The notes under the pieces were generated by a model that saw only the letters and a list, made by a program, of their open reading frames with translations, made no database searches and had not been told where the DNA came from. This document shows, one piece after another, positions 8,707 to 16,664 of a DNA stretch of 64,000 nucleotides (the stretch's first letter is position 1; each line of letters begins with the position of its first letter). This DNA is from a virus. Lineage: Duplodnaviria; Heunggongvirae; Uroviricota; Caudoviricetes. Location: IMG/VR virus record IMGVR_UViG_3300025765_000001. The stretch is one strand, 5' to 3'. Position numbers and translations under genes: made by a program.

Positions 8707-9261
8707 TCAATCCCGAATAATTGCGATTTTGCGTTCTGGCCTCATTCCGATAGTGTACCGTTCGGAGCATACATGATCGCAGTGAGCGAAGAGCTTCACC
8801 GTGAACTTAATTATATCAGGATGGGGTTGGTCATTGATAGAGAGAATTCTACCGATCAAGTGTATGCCTCGTTCGGCTTCTTCGTTGTGAATGGCAATCG
8901 TGATGATGTCGTTGACCAGGGTATTCGCCGCCATATCAATCAGTATTTTCATCAGCATCTCCTTCCGTGAGTACCCTTTTCCTGATGAGATGGGCCGTAG
9001 TTCAACACCGTGCCCAGGATCGGGCCGTTTGATAGTGCGTGGCTTGGGAAGGGGTTCGGGCTGGGTGACTTTTCTATAGCCGAGACTCACCAGAACTTCA
9101 AAGATTTCACTCCAGGTGGGGAAGGATCGGCGGTTGTTCTCCTTGTATTGTTGCATGGCGTTCATGAATACCAATTCTTCGTCTGTGTATTCCGGCTCGC
9201 CTGTAGCAGGATGGGGTTTTTGCGGTCCATTGCATCTCCTCCGAGAGAAGTGATCTCGCAT
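8707..9261 (-). CDS. Protein with Planctomycete-type conserved N-terminal domain
   Basis: EYTDEELVFMNAMQQYKENNRRSFPTWSEIFEVLVSLGYRKV matches a small domain I recognise from Planctomycetota proteins. Confidence 0.65.
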   Translation of the reverse strand: MRDHFSRRRCNGPQKPHPATGEPEYTDEELVFMNAMQQYKENNRRSFPTWSEIFEVLVSLGYRKVTQPEPLPKPRTIKRPDPGHGVELRPISSGKGYSRKEMLMKILIDMAANTLVNDIITIAIHNEEAERGIHLIGRILSINDQPHPDIIKFTVKLFAHCDHVCSERYTIGMRPERKIAIIRD

Positions 9262-9301
9262 AGATTATATCAAGACATGCACATAATTGTACTCCAGAAA
9301 T

Positions 9302-9339
9302 GAAAAAGGCCCCGACCTCTCTAACCTAGAGGCCGGGGC
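9302..9339 (-). terminator. Intrinsic terminator ending the ncRNA locus
   Basis: Minus strand GCCCCGGCCTCT..AGAGGTCGGGGC followed by CTTTTT. Confidence 0.7.
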
Positions 9340-9344
9340 GGTAT

Positions 9345-9537
9345 TGGGCAGGCGTTATGCGAGGCTGCAAGCATTCTCCGTTTAATCCGCACTGTGAGTC
9401 TGACATCGCCAGTGTGTTACCATTACACCACCCCCTCAGTAGTAGTAGTTGGGCGAAAGTGAGGGAGATCGAAATTGAATCGACATCCCGGCGAGCTTTG
9501 TTTTTAAGTGCGAACCTCGATTTCGCAGCCCTGCCCT
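9345..9537 (-). ncRNA. YrlA/Y-RNA-like RNA with permuted tRNA-like domain
   Basis: T arm GTCGA-TTCAATT-TCGAT (9484-9468); acceptor-like stem CTCCCTCA/TGAGGGGG closed by a loop; D arm GTGT-AATGGTA-ACAC; anticodon-like stem TCGCCGG/CTGGCGA; outer stems CGCACT/AGTGCG, GGCTGCGA/TTGCAGCC, GGGCAGG/CCTGCCC. Confidence 0.75.
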
Positions 9538-9585
9538 GAGTTTAACCTAGAGTGATAGCTTGACACTGCGTTTCCAGTGAGATGT

Positions 9586-9922
9586 AACGAGGCTTATGAC
9601 GCCCCGTTGCCTTCCAATCAGCCACCCCACGATAAGGGTTGAGGGAACAATCCGTGTTCCACAGCACCGTTCAGAGTGCCAGTCTATATCATTAGACGCT
9701 CAACCTTTCGAGACTATCCTAGTCTCTGCGGCCTTCCGTGGTTGCCATCCGTAGACTTCACCATCCTTGGTATGAGCATCCTCGCTCATTTGGGTTTGTG
9801 CCTGTCCTGGCCGAGCCATCCAACGCTCGCCGTTGAGCAATACCTTCCTTGGAAACGGTGGCCTTCCTAGCTCTACAAACCCTGCTCTCCAAAGCAGTCG
9901 TGGGGGCAGGAATCGAACCTGC
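9586..9922 (-). ncRNA. Circularly permuted tRNA-Met(CAT)-like RNA with 266-nt structured insert
   Basis: 3' half first: GCAGG-TTCGATT-CCTGC-CCCCACG-A (9922-9898). 5' half later: CGTGGGG-TG-GCT-GATTGGAA-GGC-A-ACGGGGC-GTCATAA-GCCTCGT (9631-9587). Confidence 0.7.
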
Positions 9923-10158
9923 ATATTCACCACACCAAAATGAAACTAAGCCTAAGCCTGTCACTCAATACACACTTGTCAGTGTGCTTCCCTAAAATAT
10001 CGTCCTTCGCCGAACTGTCTATAGTAATTTGCCAAGATCGGCGAATTGTTGTTTTGTTAGGGCTGGCGGCTGCCGCCGCCAGCCCCAGAGTCTAAGAATC
10101 CAAAGGCCCGTCCTCCCTCAGATTCTTCGACTCACAGATACGTCCAGGCCCACTCGAC

Positions 10159-10899
10159 CTAGACGGCTGTTCTTGTGATGAAGTCCCAGATTTCACGACC
10201 GATCTTGACCGGCGTGACATTCAGTTGGTTCGCCTCCTCACGAGCGGACTTCACCGCCTCGATCAGTTGACGAACACGAGCCAACATCAGGTTTTTCTTT
10301 TGTACGGGAATCGCCCCGCTGAACTTGATCGTGGTCCATTCGCCGATCTTCACGTCTTCCGTGAAGACCTCGACCTGGGCTGGATGCTTGTCGGTCGCCT
10401 CGGCCTTGACGTGGTTCTTCATCACCTTCTTGGTCTTGTTGGAGGTCGAAGGCTCCGACTTGAAACACGCCGCCGCTTCATCCCACTTCCAGGTCTCGGC
10501 GAGGTCCAGCGTTGGTAGATGCGAAAGGAAGGTCTGGATGTCCACCAACTGCTTCTCAAGGAACATCAAATGCGTCACCGGCACCTGTTCCTTGATGACC
10601 TTGCCATCTACCTTGATGTCCGCCTTGGCTTCGCAGTTGGCATAATCCTGCGTAGCCGTGCAGTCAAGTAGATCGGTCATCACTTCCGAGAAGGCGTCGA
10701 TGGCCTCCTTGAGGCTATATTGAATGTTTTTCTTCTCTGGCGGAAACGTCTCGCCGTCCTCGTTCAAAGGACGATACGTGCGGGTCAGGCCGTCGAACAG
10801 CGAGGCCTTCTGGATTTGCTTGTAGATCAAGTCCCGCTCCTTCTTCAAGCGAGACTTCTTCCCCGTCGTCACGGCTACTATCTGGCACAGCTTCGCCAT
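10159..10899 (-). CDS. Conserved uncharacterised protein (family MAKLxQIxAV...KFSGA; recalled as DUF7873-like, unverified)
   Basis: RTYRPLNEDGETFPPE, VPVTHLMFLEKQL, AEATDKHPAQVEV, WTTIKFSGA, VKSAREEAN: motifs of a family seen in Actinobacteria, Planctomycetes and phages. Confidence 0.8.
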   Translation of the reverse strand: MAKLCQIVAVTTGKKSRLKKERDLIYKQIQKASLFDGLTRTYRPLNEDGETFPPEKKNIQYSLKEAIDAFSEVMTDLLDCTATQDYANCEAKADIKVDGKVIKEQVPVTHLMFLEKQLVDIQTFLSHLPTLDLAETWKWDEAAACFKSEPSTSNKTKKVMKNHVKAEATDKHPAQVEVFTEDVKIGEWTTIKFSGAIPVQKKNLMLARVRQLIEAVKSAREEANQLNVTPVKIGREIWDFITRTAV

Positions 10900-10950
10900 T
10901 GTTCTACTCCGTTCAAGTCAAATGAGTCCTTCGCTCGATTACGAGAGCCA

Positions 10951-10978
10951 AGTCTACCTGATTGAAAATCGGCGTCAA
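10951..10978 (-). promoter_or_regulatory. Sigma70-like promoter for the protein + ncRNA unit
   Basis: TTGACG-16 nt-TAGACT. Confidence 0.45.
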
Positions 10979-11009
10979 TAGCTTTTCCACCGAAACCAGA
11001 AATCAGAAA

Positions 11010-11501
11010 TCAATCTTTTCCAAATGGCACAGGCCCAGGTGCATCATATATCTCTGGAACCAAACGCCACTGATCTTCACCGATACGTCGATATACTAAA
11101 ACCCCACCGTTTCTAATAGTCGGGGCCGAGTCTGACAAAAATTCGTGTTCGTATACGCTCTTCGCCTTCACACGAAACATGTTCGGCAAACTCTCCCCCA
11201 TCGCCTGCTCCAACACATTCCAACGAAACATGATTTCCTCTTCACCCAGGTTCTCCACCCGGTAATAGTAGACAAACTTGTTTTTCGTTTTGTCAAAACG
11301 CACACGATGCACCGCCTTCACATGCGACGTTCCTAGAGAATTGCTGATTTCGTAATGCGTCGGATACAGCAGTGGGGCCATAGGCTTCTCAGCCAAGAAT
11401 TGATAGTACATGACCGCACACACAAACGCAGCCGTCAATAGCCCGCAAATGGCAATTAGCATTTTCCACAATCTACGATTTGGCTTCTGATTCGCTTTCA
11501 T
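11010..11501 (-). CDS. Membrane-anchored hypothetical protein
   Basis: Start at ATG 11501 after AGGAGG; N-terminal hydrophobic helix. Confidence 0.6.
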   Translation of the reverse strand: MKANQKPNRRLWKMLIAICGLLTAAFVCAVMYYQFLAEKPMAPLLYPTHYEISNSLGTSHVKAVHRVRFDKTKNKFVYYYRVENLGEEEIMFRWNVLEQAMGESLPNMFRVKAKSVYEHEFLSDSAPTIRNGGVLVYRRIGEDQWRLVPEIYDAPGPVPFGKD

Positions 11502-11558
11502 CTCTTGCCCTCCTAGCGTATATAAAGCAACCCTATTTATCCAACAGAGGGAGAGATT

Positions 11559-11825
11559 ATGGCTATTACCGTACAGCAACACGGTGAATTCGTCCAAATT
11601 AACGAATCCAGAATTCGCCATCGAGACCTAATAAATTACATTGGCTCCGATAACGAAGGCTACGGCGGCAAAGGCCGCTATACCCTCAAAGTAGTCTACA
11701 AAGCTACCGGCAACGAACTCTACCAACTCAAAGTCCCTGCCGAGTCCAAAAACGACCTAGCCAATGCCCTCGATGCATTTGATGAAATCATGCGGAAAGT
11801 CTCCCAGCCTAACCCGCAGACTTAG
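11559..11825 (+). CDS. Hypothetical protein
   Basis: 88-aa ORF with GGAG RBS. Confidence 0.55.
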   Translation: MAITVQQHGEFVQINESRIRHRDLINYIGSDNEGYGGKGRYTLKVVYKATGNELYQLKVPAESKNDLANALDAFDEIMRKVSQPNPQT

Positions 11826-11830
11826 AATTT

Positions 11831-11860
11831 TTGAAACTTTTCTTGAACCGCAACTATAAT
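11831..11860 (+). promoter_or_regulatory. Sigma70-like promoter for hsp20
   Basis: TTGAAA-18 nt-TATAAT. Confidence 0.5.
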
Positions 11861-11951
11861 ATATCGTATAGTTTCTATAGAAGGGCTAGACCCCGGTGGG
11901 GCTAGCCAACGACTGGATGTATATCACAACAGTTACAGAAAGGAGAATAAC

Positions 11952-12428
11952 ATGACCAGTCTAATTCGTCGTAACGACAAATTGTCTACGCTCCGAGAAG
12001 ATATCTTCTGGCCGCTGGAGCAACATTTCAACAACTTCTTCAACGAATTCTTCAAAGGGTCCAGCCTTCTCGACGGCGTTAAAGCCAGTTCTGGCTATCC
12101 ACGCATGGATGTGCTGGTAGAGGACGACTATCTAACCGTTAAAATTGCTGTGCCGGGACTCAGCAGAGATAATCTCAAGGTCGAAGTTCTTCCCGACCGC
12201 ATTCTACGAATCAGCGGCCAAATGTCCGAAGAATACCACTCGTCCAAAGACGCCAAAATGTATGTACAAGAACTCCGTAAAGGCCAGTTCTCTAGACAAC
12301 TCGCTCTGCCTGATTGGGTAGAAGGCGATCCGCAAGCAAGTCTCAAAGACGGTATCTTGAAACTCCAATGGAAGGTACAAGAACCAGCCAAAGAAGAAAC
12401 GAAACTGATCGAAGTGAAGGCAGAATAA
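11952..12428 (+). CDS. Small heat shock protein (Hsp20/alpha-crystallin family)
   Basis: YPRMDV, VPGL, LRISG, FSRQLALP, ASLKDGILK; strong AAGGAG RBS. Confidence 0.92.
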   Translation: MTSLIRRNDKLSTLREDIFWPLEQHFNNFFNEFFKGSSLLDGVKASSGYPRMDVLVEDDYLTVKIAVPGLSRDNLKVEVLPDRILRISGQMSEEYHSSKDAKMYVQELRKGQFSRQLALPDWVEGDPQASLKDGILKLQWKVQEPAKEETKLIEVKAE

Positions 12429-12430
12429 CA

Positions 12431-12461
12431 AAAACGCCCGCCGCAAAGCGGCGGGCGTTTC
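12431..12461 (+). terminator. Intrinsic terminator
   Basis: AAACGCCCGCCGC-AAA-GCGGCGGGCGTTT. Confidence 0.75.
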
Positions 12462-12472
12462 TATATTACCCT

Positions 12473-12604
12473 ATGAAACAAGACCACTCCATCGACATCG
12501 GCCTCGCCATCGTCTTCCTGCTCCTCGTCACTACATACCTAATCATGGAAGCCATCGCCCCAAGTAGCGGCCCACTCTGCTGCGGATCGCCAATTTGTAG
12601 ATAA
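12473..12604 (+). CDS. Small membrane protein
   Basis: 43-aa ORF with one TM helix and a Cys-rich tail. Confidence 0.4.
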   Translation: MKQDHSIDIGLAIVFLLLVTTYLIMEAIAPSSGPLCCGSPICR

Positions 12605-12620
12605 CCCAACTACATATCTC

Positions 12621-13073
12621 ATGAACTTCAAACTGTGGCTCGAAGCTCGATCCAAATGGCTCCCCTTCGAGGAACTTAACCCAACACAACAAGCTGCCGT
12701 CCTCCAAAGCACCAAAGGACTCCTCCCCCTCCACTGGCTCTACGATACCGACCGCTGGCGGCAACATGTCACCGACTACGCCCAACAACCCCAAGCCACC
12801 TTCGAGTTCAACGTCCAAACTATACCAACCCAACAACTCATCGACCGCTTCGCCAAATGGGATTGGACCGAAGATGTCCTAGATAAAAAAGATTGGCAGC
12901 GTATCAAGAAAATCATGAAACTCCCCCGCTGGCCCTACGTCTCCTTCCTCGCCCCTAACTTCAAAAGTATCGAAGAACCATTCTTTCACGGCGATGGCTA
13001 TCACAGAGTTTGGGCTGCTTATTTTAATAAGGAGCCAAGCATAGAAATCATCTACATCAGGAAAAAGAAATGA
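12621..13073 (+). CDS. ParB/Srx-like domain protein with N-terminal FKLWLE motif
   Basis: FHGDGYHRVWAA motif; N-terminus MNFKLWLE. Confidence 0.55.
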   Translation: MNFKLWLEARSKWLPFEELNPTQQAAVLQSTKGLLPLHWLYDTDRWRQHVTDYAQQPQATFEFNVQTIPTQQLIDRFAKWDWTEDVLDKKDWQRIKKIMKLPRWPYVSFLAPNFKSIEEPFFHGDGYHRVWAAYFNKEPSIEIIYIRKKK

Positions 13074-13690
13074 ACGATAAAGTCAAACAACGCCACGAAC
13101 TACGCCCCGCCAGCCGCTACACCCCAGATGTCAAATCCTGCCGAGGCTCCATTCCCGGTATCGCTAACGGTTGGTGCCATACCCTCGATGCCGCCGAATA
13201 CCAACGCCTAGCTTCCCTAGTCTCTAACGGCAATATCATCGAAATCGGTTCCTACGAGGGCCTCTCCCTCTACCATATCAAAGATATCTGTAAAGCTAAT
13301 AACGCCAAACTCTATTGCGTCGATTTCATCGCTTGGCCCAAATTAGTAGAAAATTGCGAAGCCTGGGGCATCCCTTTTATTAACAAGCCCTCCGTGGATG
13401 CCGCCCTCGATTTCCCCGACGACTTCTTCGATCTAGTCTATATCGACGCCGATCATCATAAGTCGGAGTGTGCCTGGGATATCTGGGCTTGGCTGCCGAA
13501 ACTCAAAAAGACCGGAACCATCTGCGGCCACGATTTTGATAACAAGAATGTCCGCAGGGCACTCAAGTACGTCTTCGGCACCATAGAACCGGATGTGATA
13601 AACGTAGGAGGGTTCGTGTGGTCGGTCACTAATCCACACGAAAAAGTGAAATGCTGGCCCGAACAGGCCAAGTATAATGATGCAAAGTGA
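13070..13690 (+). CDS. Class I SAM-dependent methyltransferase (Methyltransf_24-like)
   Basis: IEIGSYEGLS, FDLVYIDADH, LKKTGTICGHDF. Confidence 0.85.
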   Translation: MNDKVKQRHELRPASRYTPDVKSCRGSIPGIANGWCHTLDAAEYQRLASLVSNGNIIEIGSYEGLSLYHIKDICKANNAKLYCVDFIAWPKLVENCEAWGIPFINKPSVDAALDFPDDFFDLVYIDADHHKSECAWDIWAWLPKLKKTGTICGHDFDNKNVRRALKYVFGTIEPDVINVGGFVWSVTNPHEKVKCWPEQAKYNDAK

Positions 13691-13696
13691 AATGCA

Positions 13697-13726
13697 GACG
13701 CCCCGCCGCAAAGCGGCGGGGCGTCC
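13697..13726. terminator. GC-rich hairpin between convergent genes
   Basis: GACGCCCCGCCGC-AAA-GCGGCGGGGCGTC, near-identical to the hairpin at 12431. Confidence 0.6.
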
Positions 13727-13730
13727 TTCC

Positions 13731-14163
13731 TTAGTCCAATACTAGTTTGTAGAAGGCGACTCCTATCACACAAACCACCGCCAAAGCAACCAACCCGCCA
13801 ACCAGTCCCACGGCCATTGCCCTCGTCGGCAAATCCGGCTTGTATTGTACCTGCCGGGGTGGTAACGGCGGTTGATAGTTGGAATAGTTCCGAGAATCGT
13901 CCTGCCGCCAGCGTTCGTGAACTACCACTACCCTAAAGGGTAGCGTCAGCCGACTGATAGTTCAGCCGGATCGTATCTGAGTCCGTGGGTTTTGCGGATG
14001 GTGTTTTGTCCTATTTGACCAAGTGTTACTCTGCTTCAAAAGGACTGAGTTTTTCGAGGCGATCTTTAGTCCATCGCCTTCATCCCCTCCCCTAAAGGGC
14101 TTTTGGCTCCGAAGAATGGTAAAGTTGCTCCCGTTCTTCCCAGATCGTCATCTGACCCTTCAT
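13731..14163 (-). pseudogene. Small membrane-protein gene interrupted by an IS605-type mini-element
   Basis: Removing 13917-14118 joins MKGQMTIWEEREQLY to ERWRQDD...KLVLD* in frame (76 aa). Confidence 0.75.
13917..14118 (-). mobile_element. 202-bp non-autonomous IS200/IS605-family element (PATE/MITE-like)
   Basis: Inserted 3' of TTAC (14122-14119), ends in TTCAC, subterminal CCCTAAAGGG hairpins at both ends, no target duplication. Confidence 0.8.
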
Positions 14164-14330
14164 TGGTGTTGCTAGGACAAGCACGCCGCCGTAGGCGGCG
14201 TGCTATTTCAGTGTGCGATAGCTCGTGCTATTTGATCATCATCTGACCCTTCATTGATGTTGCTAGGACAAGCACGCCGCCTACGGCGGCGTGCTATTTC
14301 AGTGTGCGATAGCTCGTGCTATTTGATCGT
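14143..14330. repeat. 91-bp tandem duplication containing a palindromic terminator
   Basis: Copies start at 14143 and 14234; hairpin loop reads GTA in one copy and TAC in the other. Confidence 0.85.
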
Positions 14331-14586
14331 AGCTCCAGTTCTCCATGACGGCCTGTAGAAATAGGTCAGGATGCTCCCGAATAGCGTTGACCCACGCCAA
14401 AGCGAAGAAACACTTGTGTGCTTCTACCCGTTCATGCGTAGCGAACTGAGACACAGTGCCGCCACGCTTCACGAATGTTAGCACCCTGTGACCGCCTTCT
14501 AGCAAAATGTCCGCTACAGTCGCTTCATATGCTTGTGAGCATTGAACAGGAGTTTTGTCGCCAATGGCTTTGACGTTGCCTAGCAT
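14299..14586 (-). CDS. Hypothetical protein
   Basis: 95-aa ORF with GGAG RBS. Confidence 0.55.
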   Translation of the reverse strand: MLGNVKAIGDKTPVQCSQAYEATVADILLEGGHRVLTFVKRGGTVSQFATHERVEAHKCFFALAWVNAIREHPDLFLQAVMENWSYDQIARAIAH

Positions 14587-14589
14587 GGT

Positions 14590-15705
14590 TTATCTCCATA
14601 GGAAAAGTTGCGGGTAGGTCTTAGCAAATATGTAGAACCCGTAGAGAATTCCAGCAAGGCCCAGCATGGACCAAGCCCAGCCAGCACTCTTCCAGGGAAT
14701 TTCGTAATACCTTTCCAGCAGCCAGATGTAGAAGAACGTCCCGGCTACACCCAGCAGCGTTGGCAACTGGAAAACTGAGCCGAGATAGATGGCAGCAATG
14801 CCGGAAAGTATGGCTAATAGCGTTGTAGCAATGTAAGCGGAATCGTTTTGGTAACAGTACCATTTGTTGGCAACGATCAGCAGACCCAAGAAGTAGATGA
14901 AACAACCGATAAATACGAAGCTCGCCTTGAACGTCTGGTAGTGCGGAAAAGCGAAGTTACCGATCTCCATCACAAGGTAAACTACCAGCATTGTGAGAGC
15001 GGCAAACATGGTTCGTGGGATATAAGCATCCTTCTCGAAGCCGATGCCTATACAACCTGGGATCATGAAAGCTGAAAACCCCAGATAGACCATCAAAGCG
15101 AGAACGCTGATGAAGCCGAGTACTTGACTGCCATAGAAAATGGCGGCGGCTGCCCAGGCCACGGCGATAGTCAAAAAGGAGACGCTGCTGGTCAGTTCTA
15201 GTTCACGGCGAGTGATGGAGTAAGCGAGAACGCCGTAAAGTGCCAGACACGCTGGGAATGCGACAAGCATTTGCCAGTCTTCACCCATGAAGAACTTCGG
15301 CAAAATTATTCCGGCTGCCACACCAGCGTACATAAGAAATTCGAGGATCGGGGGCGGAATTGCCAAGACAAGTTCGAGTATGTAGATGCCGAAAAGCCAG
15401 CAGATGGCGATTGTCATAAAGATGCCAGCCGTGACCCAAAGGATGTTGGCGAAAGTGACAAAGCCGACGAGCTTATCCCACATGCTGGGTGGGGTTTCGC
15501 TCAGTTGCATGAACTCATCGACCGTGACTTTTTTGCCGATGATCTCTTGTGCTCTTTTTTCGAGGGGAGCTATAGTTTCGGGTGGGATATAGCCACGCTG
15601 TTCTAGCCTGCGGAATGCTTCAACGTCTTTGCGAATCTCCTGCATCTCAGGCGAGGGTGTTTGCCCTATGAGTGCGGCGGTCAGCAATAATGCGGTTGCG
15701 TTCAT
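14590..15705 (-). CDS. Multi-pass membrane protein with signal peptide
   Basis: MNATALLLTAALIGQ signal peptide; about 10 hydrophobic helices. Confidence 0.75.
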   Translation of the reverse strand: MNATALLLTAALIGQTPSPEMQEIRKDVEAFRRLEQRGYIPPETIAPLEKRAQEIIGKKVTVDEFMQLSETPPSMWDKLVGFVTFANILWVTAGIFMTIAICWLFGIYILELVLAIPPPILEFLMYAGVAAGIILPKFFMGEDWQMLVAFPACLALYGVLAYSITRRELELTSSVSFLTIAVAWAAAAIFYGSQVLGFISVLALMVYLGFSAFMIPGCIGIGFEKDAYIPRTMFAALTMLVVYLVMEIGNFAFPHYQTFKASFVFIGCFIYFLGLLIVANKWYCYQNDSAYIATTLLAILSGIAAIYLGSVFQLPTLLGVAGTFFYIWLLERYYEIPWKSAGWAWSMLGLAGILYGFYIFAKTYPQLFLWR

Positions 15706-15760
15706 GGCGTGTCTCTTAAATGGTGTGAATCAAAGGAGTCTACGTTTTATTCTTCCTAAA

Positions 15761-16471
15761 TCATTGCATGTTCTCCAAAAAGCATCGTATGTTGTCACGA
15801 GCCTTAGCCTCGAAGTTCTCACGGAAATACGGTGTGCGGTAGATGGTTGGCTTGTCAGCCATTTTCTTTATGAAGACCGCACGGCCCTTCTTGAAGTCTT
15901 TATCGGAAATGTGGGCAAATTCCTGGCGAACTAACTCGCCCATGCACAGGAACGTGTCGTAGTCGGCTGAGAAACTCCAGATGTCCAAATCTAGAATTTG
16001 CTCATCTGTGCTGGGGTAGGGCATGGCTGAGTCGTGAAACGCCGTCGCCATGATAAACCGACGTACTTCTAGAGCGGACTCACTTTTCAACCAGGGTGTC
16101 AGCAATGCGGCAGCGAAATCCGCACTCTGCGTTTCGTTAAAGCCGAACGGTGCATTGGGCAAGTAGATGGCGTCGTGAAACCACAGAGCTAGATGCTGCG
16201 TGTTGCTCAGGGGCGGTGGGTTGTCGGCATTCTGATAGAATTGATGAATGCCCAGGATATGAACGGGCGTGTGATAGTGCAAGCTGCTATCGCCCATGCG
16301 GAATAGCAGACTGAAGGCGATGGCCTCTGCGGTACTGAGTGGAACATCAAACGATTCGCAGAGCAACCCCACTAGGTTGTTCACAAAATCGTCTTGTGTC
16401 GCATTACGTTCGTACTGCGAGGCAGTAGCCAGATCGAAGCATGTTGTGTAAGAGAGGTTGAAATCGTACAT
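15761..16471 (-). CDS. HD-superfamily metal-dependent phosphohydrolase (COG4339-like)
   Basis: HYHTPVHI, ALWFHDAIY, IMATAFH, DLDI, VRQEF, ARDNI; start moved to ATG 16471. Confidence 0.85.
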   Translation of the reverse strand: MYDFNLSYTTCFDLATASQYERNATQDDFVNNLVGLLCESFDVPLSTAEAIAFSLLFRMGDSSLHYHTPVHILGIHQFYQNADNPPPLSNTQHLALWFHDAIYLPNAPFGFNETQSADFAAALLTPWLKSESALEVRRFIMATAFHDSAMPYPSTDEQILDLDIWSFSADYDTFLCMGELVRQEFAHISDKDFKKGRAVFIKKMADKPTIYRTPYFRENFEAKARDNIRCFLENMQ

Positions 16472-16472
16472 A

Positions 16473-16637
16473 TTACATCGGCTGTGACCAGTCCCATAAT
16501 TGTTCTTTTTGCTCCCGGTCGCACTTGCTACAGTGCGTGCTCTCCAGAGGCTCGTCACACCTTGGGCATTTGCGGATTTCCTTGGGTATCCTAACCTCTT
16601 TCGGCTTCTTGTCAAGGTATTCTATTAGCCGTTCCAT
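16473..16637 (-). CDS. Small zinc-ribbon protein (not in ORF track)
   Basis: 54 aa: MERLIEYLDKKPKEVRIPKEIRKCPRCDEPLESTHCSKCD...; fills the gap between neighbours. Confidence 0.6.
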   Translation of the reverse strand: MERLIEYLDKKPKEVRIPKEIRKCPRCDEPLESTHCSKCDREQKEQLWDWSQPM

Positions 16638-16664
16638 AGTCCGTTACCCCTTTAGGAAACTACG

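Noticed and set aside
8347-8970. 207-aa + strand ORF
   Set aside because: Overlaps two better-supported minus-strand genes
9586-9922. Two-piece tmRNA or a canonical tRNA gene
   Set aside because: No G3-U70 alanine identity, no encoded CCA and no tag ORF. The halves are in reversed order, so it is not a standard tRNA.
9340-9970. GOLLD/ROOL RNA, and the small ORFs listed here (9357, 9676, 9700, 9758)
   Set aside because: I could not see the conserved GOLLD 3'-domain motifs, though a covariance search is still needed. The short ORFs lack RBS or protein-like composition and overlap strong RNA structure.
11884-11907. RNA thermometer in the hsp20 leader
   Set aside because: The GGCTAG..CTAGCC hairpin does not sequester the Shine-Dalgarno sequence
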